64,000 bases of DNA from Felis catus (Eukaryota): positions 189,474,001-189,538,000 of the forward strand of contig NC_058368.1 of NCBI RefSeq assembly GCF_018350175.1, in the 5' to 3' direction. The translations under genes and the position numbers were made by a program. Each line of letters opens with the position of its first letter. Position 1 is the first letter of the stretch. The notes under the pieces were generated by a model. It saw only the letters and a program-made list of their open reading frames with translations. It was not told where the DNA came from and made no database searches. This document shows, piece by piece, positions 26,535 through 38,870 of the stretch.

Positions 26535-27320
26535 CATCCAGCAGATATTTATTGAGTGACTACTATATACCAAAATCTGTGCCAGGCACTGGCAAATGTA
26601 GTGAACAAGACCTAACCCTTGACTTCAAAAAGGTTATAATCTAGTGGGAGGAAAAGGCAAATCAACAGGCAATTTCAATTAACTGTAACTTGTAATAATC
26701 TAGAACATGTGGCTATTAAACACTTATAATGTGGCTTCTGAAACAGAGAAACTGAATTTCTTAATTTAATTTAATTTTAATAAATTTAAATTTAAAAACT
26801 AAGGCAGTGTAAAATATTTTTCTATTAAATGCAGCTTTGTTGTTTGGAAGGACTATATTTCACTTTAACCACTGAAAAGTTAGCATCTAAATTGAGTTGA
26901 ACTATAAGTATAAAATACACACCAGATTTCAAAGATTTAGTTCAAAAAATGTAAAATATCTCATTAATAACTTTTGTATTGATGATATGTTGAAATGCTA
27001 ATGTTAATGTAAATAAAGTGGATTATTAAAATTAATTTCATCTGTCTCTTATTTAATTTTTTTAACATGGCTACCAGAAAATTTTAAACTACATATGTAG
27101 TTCATTATATTCCTTATGGATAGAGCTGATCTAAAAGACTTAGGGTGCTCAGAAAACAGAGAGCAAGATGCCTAACCAAGATCTAGGGAAAGCTTCCCAG
27201 GAGACGATTGTTAAAGTGAGATCTGAAGGAAGAAAAAACATAAGCCAGAAGAGAAGGGAGAGTGCTTTTAACAGAGGAAAAGGTTGTGCAAAGGCCCGGA
27301 GGCCAAACACAGCAGAGCAC
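26535..27320 (-). mobile_element. L2 fragment interrupted by a Charlie1/MER33 element
   Basis: ATATTTATTGAGTGACTACTATATACC..GTGAACAAGAC; resumes ~27130 with GGGAAAGCTTCCCAGGAG..GAGATCTGAAGGA. Confidence 0.75.
26703..27128. mobile_element. Charlie1/MER33-family hAT DNA transposon
   Basis: ACATGTGGCTATTAAACACT..AAATACACACCAGATTTCAAAGATTTAG..AAAATATCTCATTAATAA..GGATAGAGCTG terminus. Confidence 0.85.
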
Positions 27321-27719
27321 CTAGCTCTAGATGGGTATCATTTCCAGTGTGCTACAGCTTTTCTGCTCCAAGCCAACAAATGCTCCCCCTACAGATCACT
27401 ACCTGTAAAACCACTACTGGCTCTTTATTTGGGATGAAATATCTCTGAAATCAGATATCAGGGGCTTGAAAAAGAATAATATGTTCACATTTCATGTAGA
27501 TGAAAGCTAAATGGAGACTCCACTCTTGCACAGGCCTCTAATTCATTCAAGCTGTGCAACAATTTTATGTGTGCTCAGAGGAATCTTCTTTATAGGAAAT
27601 AGCTCCCATCAAAGCAAACATCATATTATTCCCAATAAATGTAATTGCAATTGGCTATTGTGAGGGCAGAGAGGAAACTCAGCCACAATCGTGGCTGCAG
27701 AGGGGGCCACTAGGAACCA

Positions 27720-28165
27720 TGTAGCACAGTGATGAGACCTCAGGCTCTGACAGCTCCACCACTTACCACTGTGTGACATCAGACAATGCCACAAACACTC
27801 TGGGCCTCAGTTTCCTCATTGGGAAATGAGGGAAGGATCAGCATCTACCACCAAGTTGCCCAACTATTGACATTTGGGCCAGATAACTCTCCATTGTCAT
27901 GGTGTGCTTTGTGTACTGCAGGGTGTGAAGCAGCATCCCTGGTCTCTGCCCGCTAGATGCCAGTAGCACCCCTCACCCCATATGTGACAGCCACAAATGT
28001 CTCCAGACATTGCCACATGTCCTCTGGGGGTGGGGGTGGGGGAATCACGGCTTACTGAGAACTACTGATCTACCTAATAAGTTGTTGTAAGGATTAAACA
28101 GAATTCTGCAGGAGAGGCGGTGGTATAGTGCTGAAATTCGGCAAATGCTCAATAAACATCTGGTA
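27720..28165 (+). mobile_element. MIR SINE split by MER20
   Basis: CTCTGGGCCTCAGTTTCCTCAT before and GTTGTAAGGATTAAA..GCTCAATAAA after the insertion. Confidence 0.8.
27851..28067. mobile_element. MER20 hAT-Charlie MITE
   Basis: ACTATTGACATTTGGGCCAGATAA..GCAGCATCCCTGG..CTAGATGCCAGTAGCACC..AATGTCTCCAGACATTGCC..GAGAACTACTG; 8-bp TSD atctacca / atctacct. Confidence 0.93.
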
Positions 28166-28884
28166 AATAAATACAGAAAGGGAGGACAAGTCCTACAGGG
28201 ATGACAATGGTGCTTAGCAGATCTGCCATTTTGTGAATTTAACCAGCCATCATGTTAGCCCAAGAACTTTCATCTATTCCCTCTCCTCCTCCCACCTAGA
28301 GAAGCCAGGCCCTGAGTCTCCCAGGGAATGTGGGCAGAAAGGCCCTGCAAATGGGACATGACTGCCTCGATGGATTTAATGGTGCTTTTTAAATGTGGAT
28401 AATTATAGGGCCTCTTCTAAGCAAGTGCACCAGTGGCAGGAGGCTGTGGGCTCTGGGGCACTGTGGGCCCGCATAGCTCAGCTCCGTCGAGCTCATGGTA
28501 ATGTTATTAAATGTGCTCTCTCCTTTTATTAGGCATCTTAATAACCTCTAAGTTGCACCCAGGAGAGTTGGTGCAGAAAAGGAATTCTGGCCAACCTAAT
28601 TTGTATTTGAAAATACCCCATAGGCCAACGGAACAAGATTCAGATGAATTTCACAGGCAGCTGAGGGCTACACAAGGCAAGTGTTTCCAAATTGTACTCG
28701 ATTACTGAATGCAAAATGCGTGCCTCTCTGCCTTCCCCACCCCCATGCTTTGCCCTCCTTCTCTGCTAATGCTGCTGTACCCCCCCACCCCACCCCACAT
28801 ACACATGAATATACAACCCACACTCCAGCCACTGGCTAACTAAGAGGCTTAATGTGGGTCCTCCCTTGTCCACAAGGAAATAAT

Positions 28885-29110
28885 GATAGGAGCTCATACT
28901 TATTGACCATTTATTATCCTGAGCCAGACCCCAGTGCATTCCTTAGAATAACCCAAAAGGTGACTACAATCGGTATCCCATTTTATAGTTGAAGAAACTG
29001 CAGTTTGAAAAGGTTAGTATCTTGCCAGAAAGAATTACACAACAAGATAATTACAGAGCATGGATATAAACCCAGTTCCATGTAATTCCCAGACTGGTGC
29101 TCTTCACCAC
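28885..29110 (-). mobile_element. MIR SINE
   Basis: ATCCCATTTTATAGTTGAAGAAACTG..AAAGGTTAG. Confidence 0.75.
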
Positions 29111-29599
29111 CCAACTAACATTATTCACTAGTCGAGTGGTGACAAGGAGTAAGTCCAATTATTAACTCACCATATTTGGGTGACCATATGTTCCAGAACT
29201 GTATGGAATATTAGGAGAAGACACTGCCCCTCTCCTCAGAGATTTCATAATGGTAATTACACACAATGGAAAGAACATTTTAAAGGAATCAGGAAAGATG
29301 AGTCACAACTCACATTCATTCAACAAACGTTTCATGAAAAGTTATTATATGCCAGGCAGTATGTTCTAGCTACTGGGGATATTGCCACAGTTACAAATAA
29401 AGGGGGCAGATTTGAAAATCATTGCAGGTATAGAATGACTGAAAGGTTAAGGAACAGAGGGAAAGCAAAGGAGACTTCGATCTTCCTGGTGCAAGAGACT
29501 GTAAGGATGAGCTAGCCATTAGGTAAGGGTGGCGGGTGGAATTTGGAGAAGTAGTGAGTTTGTCTTCAGGATTGTTAAGTTAGAGTTGTCCTAAGGCAT

Positions 29600-30066
29600 T
29601 GTATTAGTTTCCCATTACTGCTATAACCAATTACCACAAACTTAGTGGCTTTAGACAACACCAACTTAATTTCTTCCAGTTGTGGAGATCAGAACCCCAA
29701 AGTGAGTCTTATGGAATAAAACTCAAGGTGTGTGCAGAGCTGGTTCCTTCTGGAGGATCCAGGGGAATATCCATCCCTTGCCTCTTCTAGATTCTGGGGA
29801 TTGCCAGCATTTCTTGGATCCTGGGCACATCGTTCCAGTTTCTGGTTCTGTCATCACATAGTTCTTCTCTGTCCTCCTTCATCCCCCTTGTAACCACACT
29901 TGTAATTACAACAGATCCACTGGGATAATCCTGGATAATCCCCCCATTTCAAAATGCTTAACTTAATCACATCTGCAAAGCACTTTTTGTCATCTAAGTT
30001 AATATTCACAGGTTCCAGGGATTGGGACATGAACATATTTGGGGGGCCATTATTTAGCCTACCACA
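29600..30066 (-). mobile_element. MaLR solo LTR (MLT1C/D-like), full length
   Basis: TGTATTAGTTTCC..AATTACCACAAACTTAGTGGCTT..AATCACATCTGCAAAG..GGGGGCCATTATTTAGCCTACCACA; 5-bp TSD ggcat / gacat. Confidence 0.93.
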
Positions 30067-30331
30067 GACATTCAGAAAGAGATGTTCTATACACAGAGAG
30101 GTAAGTCTGGAACTTGGGGTAAATGATATTTCTTCATCCATTCAACCATTCAATAAACATTTGTTCAGCAGTGAATATGTGCTATTGTGAAGACAACATT
30201 TTGGGGGGAATGGACACATTTCTGGAACAGACAAGAAAAGGAAAACCAACGTGAACTTGTCCAGATTTAAGACCTATCATGCAGCACAATCTGTACAGGT
30301 TTTTTTGTGTAAATGGGTGACCATAGTTGAT

Positions 30332-30368
30332 TAGATAGATATAGATAGATGATAGGTAGGTAGGTAGG

Positions 30369-30410
<42 letters not shown>
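30332..30410. repeat. (GATA)n/(GGTA)n compound microsatellite
   Basis: Directly visible. Confidence 0.98.
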
Positions 30411-30415
<5 letters not shown>

Positions 30416-32429
30416 AAGAATATGATCTCAAAATATACTGTCTGGTGGCAGGAAGGTGGGGGGGGGGGAAGAAAGGGAATTCAGGTACATTCTTTCTTGG
30501 GCCATGGCATCTCTGGAAGTTCTATTCTCCAGCCTCTCATCAACACTAGTGACTATGGTTCTGGCCTATTCTTTTCTCCTCCTTTTCTCAGCCAAGTGCA
30601 GCCATTAAGCACTTCACATCCAATCGCTACAGCCTGAGCTCTTGGCTGCCCCAGTAATGGAGGCAGCAAGAATTTAATCCATGGCAGCCTCAGGTGCAGA
30701 AAGATGATACTAAATATTTCATTCCTGGGATGATGGGAACTGGAAGCCCCTGGAGAGGATCTGGCTGAATCTTTTAAGTGAGCCCTTCCAGGAATCCATT
30801 GGGTAACTGTGCTATTGGCAGTAATGATTGCCACTCGGGCCTTAGCTCCCCAGTGGGAGGGGAAGCAGCATTAATGTGCAACAGTGTTAAAAGGCCAGCT
30901 CCAACTCTGGTTCTAGGAAATTAATTTAATTTTTTTTAAATTCTGCTTTCAGAGGTTTCCTGTCACCTCTTTGGATCCAAAATACATTTGTCACCCATTT
31001 TTCCCTTTTTTGTTTTCCACAAAGAGCCAAATGAAAGGAGAATAAAAAGATCTAACAAAGAGAAATCATTTAAGGTACATTTCTTCTCTTCAGGAAATTA
31101 CCTGCTTTGGCTTACATCTTTAACTCCTCTCAATCTTTAATAGCAAGCACTAGAAGACAGTAAGTGTTAGAATGGACGAGAGAAAAACAGATGCATTATC
31201 TTGGTGAAAAATTGTATAGATTGTATTGGTAAGTAAATACCACTTGTTAAGCACTAAAGTATTAAAATGAAAAAAAAGACTATTTTTCCTTTAAAAATTA
31301 AGTGTTTTGAAAAACTGGATTAGATTTTTTTTTGTTATTCTTCACAAAACTAAAAACAAAATGTATACGCTACAGACTGGAAAATAAAAAAAAAAAAGAA
31401 AGTGAAAAAGGTCAGTTTCAGTGTAATGCAAAGGGGAGATGACCTGAAATATGACCCTTTTGCCCTTGAGACTTGAATTTGGATCTGATTTGTGACTCTA
31501 GGCCAGAGCTGCATACACTGAAGGAGTGGGGTGCAAATTGGAAGTTAAAGAACTATCTAGCAGGAAACTGGGCTCCTAAGGGCACTTGGAGATAGTAAAC
31601 ACCTCATATCTCTTCCCTAACCCTGCCACCCTGCAGGAAACTCTACTATCCGGCCCAGTGTCTACTGCCTCTTATGAACTCCTTCCTTGCTATCTGGACC
31701 ATCCCTGTGTTCATAGAGCTTGCTTTCCCTCAAAGATAGTGTGAGCTCCTTGAGGGACAGTTGAATGGAAGCTATTAGGAGCCTGCATGGTTCATTTCCC
31801 TCTTCCCAAACTATTGTTTGCTTCACAGAGTACCCTGAGGTTGGCTTTATATGCAGGTAGAGTGAATTTTTTATGTATCTTTGTATCCTCTGTGTTTCCT
31901 ACGGAGTGATAAGTGAAGTAAAGGTAGTGTGAAAGATGGCTTTAGATGGTAGTAAGTGGATATTCTCTAAAGGGAAAATATCACTAAAGAGTAAACATTA
32001 CTATATACTAAGTAGAAAGCATTTTCTGTTGATATCAATATTATTTTAATGTGTCTTAGAAATATACACATTAAGAATTCCTCAAAACATCATGACAATG
32101 GAATATAAATATATAATAGTTTTCAAAAATGAACTTATGTAGAAAAATATTAAGTCAAAGTTCACATGGAAATTAGAAATGGCAAAAATCATGAAGATGA
32201 TGCACAAAGACTGAAGTGTTGGAAAATGCTACCCTATGCCATTTAGCACAATACTTTTTATATCATCCAACATATATTTGTCAATTGAATGTATTTCAAA
32301 TGCTATTGTTTGCTTATCATCCCAGTAGCTTTTTTTTTTTAATCCTGAGAAAATATCGAGAAGAAAATCATTGGACAAAACAAATAAATAAATAAAAGCT
32401 TTCATAACCCCCGAAAGCCAAGGCAATGG

Positions 32430-33110
32430 ACTTTGGAATAACAGCAGACCACTGTTTAAATTCTGGTACTGTTATTTTCTAGCAGAACTCCTAAATGTAA
32501 ATAATTATGTGTTCAGTGCCTCAGTGTTCCTATTTGCCAAATGAAATTGATATGAGGAGGAAAGTAAATAATGTTTTCAGTGTTTAAATAACATTGTTTA
32601 ACAATAACAATAACAATAATAATAATGTTTAAATAATGTTGCTAGCTTGGTGCCTGGCACCAAGAAGAAAGAGCCCAATGTATAGTAACTGTTATTAACA
32701 ATAAGGGCATCAGCAATCACAATAAAAATTGACATTTATATGGAAATGCACATCTTTTAAATGGCTTTTATCCAACCATTAACATTTATCCAACCCATCT
32801 ACTAGGTGCCAAGCACTGTGCAAGAGTTGGGGATTCAACTGTGGAGCAAGAAAAGCATGACTGCAGGGTAGGTAGGGTAGAGAAATTGAGCATAGAATCA
32901 GGTGGCCTATTTTCAAGCCCAAGTTTTGCTGCTTCTAGTTGTATGGCCTTGGACAAGTGACTTACCTTTCCATACCTCTGTTTTCTCATCTATAAAATAG
33001 TAATAATAATAATAATAATCTCGTAGCTTTGCTGTGATGATTAAATAAATCCATGGACATTATCAGAAAGGTATCTTTACATAGTACACTGAGTTTATCT
33101 TAGTTTTAAT
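32430..33110. mobile_element. Two MIR copies with an intervening L2 fragment
   Basis: GTGCCTCAGTGTTCCTATTTG (32516); GCCTTGGACAAGTGACTTACC..TTTTCTCATCTATAAAAT (32945); L2 CTACTAGGTGCCAAGCACTGTGC (32799). Confidence 0.75.
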
Positions 33111-34331
33111 TATTGTAGTTCTTGCCCTCACAAGACTACCATATTCCTCCAATGGCAGCTGCTTTCCAAACTTTGTATTTGCCACAGATTATACCTAGGC
33201 ACTAATTCAGAGACAAAGGTGTAGCCATATAAGGATGTTTGACATTTCTCTACTGAAAACATTTTATCACTGAATCAAGTCAACTACTTAATATAGATTC
33301 AGATAAAGCCAGTCTTATAGTTAGAGTAGAAGGTTACCTACATCATACATTCTCCCAACCACTAGGAAAATTTCCATCATTGTCTTCTACACCTAGAGAC
33401 TAGAGCACACAAAGATAGACACACACACTTTCTCATTCTGTGAAAGTTTATTGTTAATGGAAATACCAAACAAGGCAACTGCATGCTTCACTCTTGAACC
33501 TGAGGTCAATTTGGATCAAGCACTGACCTAAAATCTTCTGTGGGAACAATTGGCTATCCAAATGCAGCTATACCATCTGTGTAAGAAGGGGTATAAGAAG
33601 CCTGATTTTTTTTTTTTGATCCAACAATTTTTTTTTCTTTTTTACCTTTATAGAAAATCCAGACAGGTACCTGAATGGCTAGATTCAACATGTAGATAAT
33701 GAAGTTGCATGAACCCAGCTCCAGATAGTGTCAGAACATCCATTCTTTTGACAAGTGAAAACAGCCAAGTCAAGACATTCCAGCCAGAGACTGTGGCTTC
33801 TCCCCCTGATGAAAACAACTGCTTCAATCTGGGCTGTGCCAACGCAGCCCCAGACATAAAGGTGATGAAGGGCTGGTTTTCAAAGCCCAAAGTCTTGCCT
33901 CAGGACCATTTAGAAAACACTGCTGGCTAGGGAGTCATCATACACATAAGTCAATGAAATATTACCCCTAATTGAGTGGGCCATTTGAGAATGCAACCAA
34001 GAGCGTGTCCAAGGAGTCAGCACTCCCCTTTACAACTCCCCAAGCCCCTCCTGGGTTAGTATCCATTTAAAGAGAGAGGAAAAAAAGACCACTTTCATCA
34101 CTTAAGTGTAAATGAATCAAAGTATGATATGGATAGGGGAGCAATCAGGTTCCCCTGATGACTGATCTATTAAAGGGAATGAAGGGTGATTCATTCCGGA
34201 TGTGGAACTCCTGAAACACACTACTGGGTCATTGATTCTAAACTCTTCAAACCTCCACAAATACAGAGGGATATTTAGAAGGTCAGTTGGCATGGACATA
34301 GGAGAATTGGTGGCCTTGAAAATGAAACAGT

Positions 34332-34453
34332 GGGGCACTGAGTGGCTCAAGTCTGTTGAGTGCCCAACTCTTGATTTTGGTTCAGGTTGTGATCCCAGGG
34401 TCGTGGGATTGAGCCTGTGTTGAGCTCCACACTAAGTGTGGAGCCTGCTTGGG

Positions 34454-34505
<52 letters not shown>

Positions 34506-34545
34506 CACCCTCTTCCCACGTGTGCACTCTCTAAAATAAAAAATA
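34332..34545 (+). mobile_element. CanSINE (SINEC, older subfamily)
   Basis: GGGGCACTGAGTGGCTCA head, GGAGCCTGCTTGGGATTCTCTC, (CT)n, AATAAA tail; TSD-like aaaatgaaa. Confidence 0.95.
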
Positions 34546-34711
34546 AAATGAAAAGGCTTTGGATGCATCAGATTTATACACCAAGGGCAATCCAACTTAG
34601 TCTCTAAATCACTCTTGAAAACTCCATTAAGAAGTTTCCTGGAGAAACTAATCCCAAAGCCAGTTTTGAAAAGCTAGATATCTCCCAAAACTGAAGAGGC
34701 ATATTAAAGTC

Positions 34712-34982
34712 AGCAGTAACAAACTGGCCCATTTTCTTTAGCCCAAACAGTGCTTTGTTATTTTCATTTTAATTTATTGTCAATATTTTTTTAAAAAATC
34801 AGGATGTTTAACTCAGATTTTGCATCTCTTGAAGATCATCTGACCTTCTGTTTCCATATGGTGAGTAACAGCAGAAGTTAAATAATGGCTACATCTTCAT
34901 GCAACCCCCATAACCTCTATCTGGCCTCCTGGCATGCTACGTTAACCGTTGGCCTCTTCAGGCAACGACTTGCAACTGCTGT
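34712..34982. mobile_element. MER102/MER58-like hAT element
   Basis: CAGCAGTAACAAACTGGCCC..CAGATTTTGCATCTCTTGAAGATC..GCAACTGCTG termini. Confidence 0.55.
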
Positions 34983-35424
34983 CATGAAGTGCCTGTATAG
35001 AGAGAAACCACTTCTATTCCCCTGGTACTGACAAAGAGTCTATGTTAAGGACTGAATATGGGCAAAGTCAAAACCATCTCCAATTGGCTTGACATGAAAC
35101 CCGACCCAACAGATGCCTCATGCTGAGTGGTGACAAACTGGCTGATTTAGATTCTTTCTCTTGAAAAGTATGACATATCTGTGAAGCGGCTTGAAATAGG
35201 TGTCAGTTTTCCATAAGGTCTGCCATATATCCCAGTTTTGAAAGTATCAGAATCCAGAACATTGTGTCCACAAAGGGTGACTAAAATTCGCAACAATGCC
35301 TGTTTCTAAAGATAGGCTAAGCTTGTCTATTTTTAGAAGTATTAAAGACAAAAATTTGTTCCTTCTGCATATCTCAAAGCTCTACTGTCTCTACACTTGC
35401 ATCCCTATGGAGTAATGTTGCTTT

Positions 35425-35715
35425 AAGAGGAAGTATAACAGAGTGGTGATGAGCAGAGCCTCTAAGATCCAAATGCCTGGGGTTAAGTGCCTGTTCTAGT
35501 CCTTGCTACATGATTTTAGGCAAGTCTCTTTACCTCCCTGTGCCATTGTATCTTCTTGTGCAAAATGAGATTTAAAATAGTACCCACAAAAATTACTTAC
35601 TTAATTAATTAATTAAAATAAAATAGTACCCACATCGTAGTACTCTTGCAATAATTAAATATAACAACACATGTAAAACACAGTGATTGCCTATACAATA
35701 TATATTCCATAAACA
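35425..35715 (+). mobile_element. MIR SINE carrying a TSD-flanked 31-bp insert
   Basis: GATTTTAGGCAAGTCTCTTTACCTCCCTGTGCC..AAAATAGTACC. Confidence 0.8.
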
Positions 35716-36299
35716 ACAGGTTAAAAAAATGCAAAATCTACAATGTGAAAGTTTCACCTGTATCTTGTTTAAACCTTTTACGTTAGCCTTCGTGTTGCTC
35801 CTGTAGACTAGCCAAATATAAATTGTATAGCCCCGCATTTTATACTTTTGTCCCCAAAACTCCTCTCTTGCTTGAATACTCTTTTTTTCTAGGTATTTAA
35901 TATACTCTAATCCATATAGTAAGGCTTAATTCAAGTTCCACTCTTCCCACAAAGCCTTCCCTGACTAACTCAACTACAGCATAAACTCCCACTCTTCTGT
36001 AATCCACGCTATCAAGTGGTAGATGTTTCAAAACTACCCAGACATTGCAATGACAGTGATCTTGTTGCACACTAACACAACAACCTCAATATAGCAGAGA
36101 CAGAATGATGTGCAGCTTTTCCTCCGGCAGTCATTGCCATGTGGATCCATATGATATGGTGAATGTTTCATAATTACCCAAAGGCTTAGAGGGATTTCAC
36201 CTCAAAATTCCCAGCAGTAAATTCTTTGTATTAGCAGTTAATGTCTGCTTCCTAGTCATTGCAGATACCAATCTTGGTATGATAAAAGTCAAATAATAT

Positions 36300-37350
36300 T
36301 AAAATACAAGGTATTTATCACTGATGGGGGAGAAACTATTTGAAAGGAGAGCCAACAGGACTTGTTGCTGGATTAGTTTGGGGATGTGAAGCCAGGAGCA
36401 ATCAAGGATGACTCCTAGGTTTGCGGAGTAAATGAGTGAGTGAATGGCAGTGCTCTCTCCTGAGACAGGAGACACTGAGGAAGATGTGAGAATTGTGTCG
36501 GGTGTGAAAGGAAAATCAAGAGTTCTGGCCATGTTAAATTAGAGATGCCTATTACAAATCCAAATAGACCAATGAAGAGGGAAATTGTGGGAGTCTGGCT
36601 CTCAGGAGAGATATTGATGTTAGAATATCAATTTGTGGGGCGCCTGGGTGGCGCAGTCGGTTAAGCGTCCGACTTCAGCCAGGTCACGATCTCGCGGTCC
36701 GTGAGTTCGAGCCCCGCCTCAGGCTCTGGGCTGATGGCTCAGAGCCTGGAGCCTGGTTCCGATTCTGTGTCTCCCTCTCTCTCTGCCCCTCCCCCGTTCA
36801 TGCCCTGTCTCTCTCTGTCCCAAAAATAAATGAAAAACGTTGAAAAAAAAATAGAATATCAATTTGTGAGTCATTACTATAGAGATGATATTTAAAGCCA
36901 AGGGATTGAATCAGATTACCTAGGGGATGAGAACAGAGAGAAAAAAGAAGGCTGAAGAAAGAGCCGAGGGGCAACTAACCCCACTGAGAAGAGAGAGGCA
37001 GTGAGATAGGAGGAACAGCAGGAGACAGTGACACAGCACAAGTCATGTAAAGAAACTTTCAAGAAGTTTCTTGAACTGTGGTCAACTGTAACAAACATTG
37101 CTGACAGGATGAGTAAGATGAGGCCTGATTATCAGTCATTGAGTTTAACAAGACGGCAGACATTGTGCCATTGACAAGGTTTCAGTGGAGTGGTAAAGAT
37201 TAACATGATTAGAAAGAAAACAGAGCGTAGTAAATACAATAAACTCTTTTGAGATGTTTAGTATAAAGGGGAGCAGATATGTGTGTGGAAATTCACCCAT
37301 AAGAGTAAATAGAAGCAAGAAGACCAATGGGAGGCTATTAAAATTGTGAT
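36300..37350 (-). mobile_element. L2 LINE body fragment interrupted by a young SINE
   Basis: AAGGATGACTCCTAGGTTT..AGAGTTCTGGCCATGTTAAATTAGAGATGCCTATT..GATATTTAAAGCCA..GTGGTCAACTGT..GTTTCAGTGGAGTGG. Confidence 0.85.
36637..36851 (+). mobile_element. Young cat-type CanSINE (SINEC_Fc-like)
   Basis: GGGGCGCCTGGGTGGCGCAGTCGGTTAAGCGTCCGACTTCAGCCAGGTCACGATCTCGCGG with CpGs intact; perfect 16-bp TSD tagaatatcaatttgt at 36621-36636 and 36852-36867. Confidence 0.99.
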
Positions 37351-37777
37351 AGAACAAGTGATAGAACAAGTTGACCCTTCAGAGGTAAGATGGTTATCCA
37401 ATTCCACTAAAACCTAAAAAATAAAGTAGTTATACTGCCAATATTCTGGCATAATGGAGGAGTTGATTTTTTTAAAGTTATTATCAGAAGTATTAGAAAT
37501 AAAGAGAACCCCAGATCATCTAATCAACCTCAACTGCCACTCACCTGACATTTTTGAAGTAGAGAAACTGAGACTGAAAGAGATGAAATCAGGTGTCCAA
37601 AGACAGAAAATTTATCTGTGTAGAAATAAAATTAGAAACCGGAATGCCCAATTTAGTACTCTCTCTTCATACTATATGTGTGCCTTGTGTGGAAAACTAT
37701 AGTACATTAAAGCAAAGTCAAAAGGGAGAAATTTTTATTTCATGCAGAAAGACATTTTAAAGTAAAGGTTAAAAATA

Positions 37778-37903
37778 GGGGCACCTGGGTGGCTCAGTTG
37801 GTTTAGCATCCAACTTTGGCTCAGGTCATGATCTCATGGCTCATGAGTTAGAGCCCTGCATCGAGCTCTGTGCTGACAGCTCAGAGCCTGGAGCCTCTTT
37901 CAG

Positions 37904-37963
<60 letters not shown>

Positions 37964-38064
37964 CCTCTCTCTCTGCCCCTTCCCTGCCATACTCATGCTC
38001 TTTCTGTCTCTCTCTCTCTCTCAAAAATAAATAAACATTAAAAAATTAAATAAATACAAATAAA
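37778..38064 (+). mobile_element. CanSINE (SINEC)
   Basis: Typical head/body, long (CT)n, AATAAA tail; TSD taaaggttaaaaat / taaaggttgaaaat. Confidence 0.97.
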
Positions 38065-38078
38065 TAAAGGTTGAAAAT

Positions 38079-38650
38079 GGAAATACCATATGTTCCAATA
38101 ATTCTACTAGTGAGTATTTACCCAAAGAAGACAAAAACACTAATTCAAAAAGATATTGCACCCCTATCTTTATTGCAACATTATTTACAATAACCAAGAT
38201 AAGGAAGCAATGTAAGTGTCCACTGATAGGTGAATGGATAAAGAAGATGTAATACACACGCATGCACATACACACATACACACATACACACACAGTGGAA
38301 TATTACCAGCCACAAAAAAGAATGAGATTGTGGCATTTCCAACAACATGGATGGACCTAGCAGCTATAATGCTAAGTGAAATGCTAAGAGAAAGACAAAT
38401 ACCAGGTGATTTCACTTATACGTGGAATCTAAAAAAACAAAACAAATGAGCAAACAAACAACAATAAAAAAAAAAACAGACTCTTAAATACAGAGAACAA
38501 ACTGGTGGTCACCAGAGGGACGTGGGTGGGAGATGGGCAAAATGTATAAAGGAGATTAAGAAGTACAAACTTCCAGTTATAAAATAAATAAGTCTTGGAG
38601 ATGAAAAGTACAACATAGAGAACATAGTCATTAATATTGTAGAAAAAAAC
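38079..38650 (+). mobile_element. Carnivore L1 3' fragment (ORF2 end and 3'UTR)
   Basis: TATTTACCCAAAGAAGACAAAAACACTAATTCAAAAAGAT..GAATGGATAAAGAAGATGT..ACATGGATGGACCTAG..CAAACTTCCAGTTATAAAATAAATAAGTC. Confidence 0.95.
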
Positions 38651-38679
38651 TAAAGGTTAAAAACATAAGTTTTAAGCTG

Positions 38680-38870
38680 CAGTTCTGACTTGGCCAGTTA
38701 TTATCTACATGACCTTAGTCAAGTTACTTGCCTTCTCCAAACCTGTGTCTTCATTCATAAAATGGGATAATAATAGCACCTGCCTCACAGGGTTTTTATG
38801 AGGATGAACCGAGATGATGTGCATAAAATCATAATGTCAGGCATACACTAAGGACTTAATAAATGATACC
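38680..38870 (+). mobile_element. MIR SINE
   Basis: GACCTTAGTCAAGTTACTT..TAAAATGGGATAATAATAGCACCTGCCTCACAGGG. Confidence 0.88.

Noticed and set aside
33654..33666. Plus-strand 13-nt exon-like segment after a poly-T tract (tttatag|AAAATCCAGACAG|gtacct)
   Set aside because: Weak donor, non-3n length, and the tract may be a simple poly-T run.
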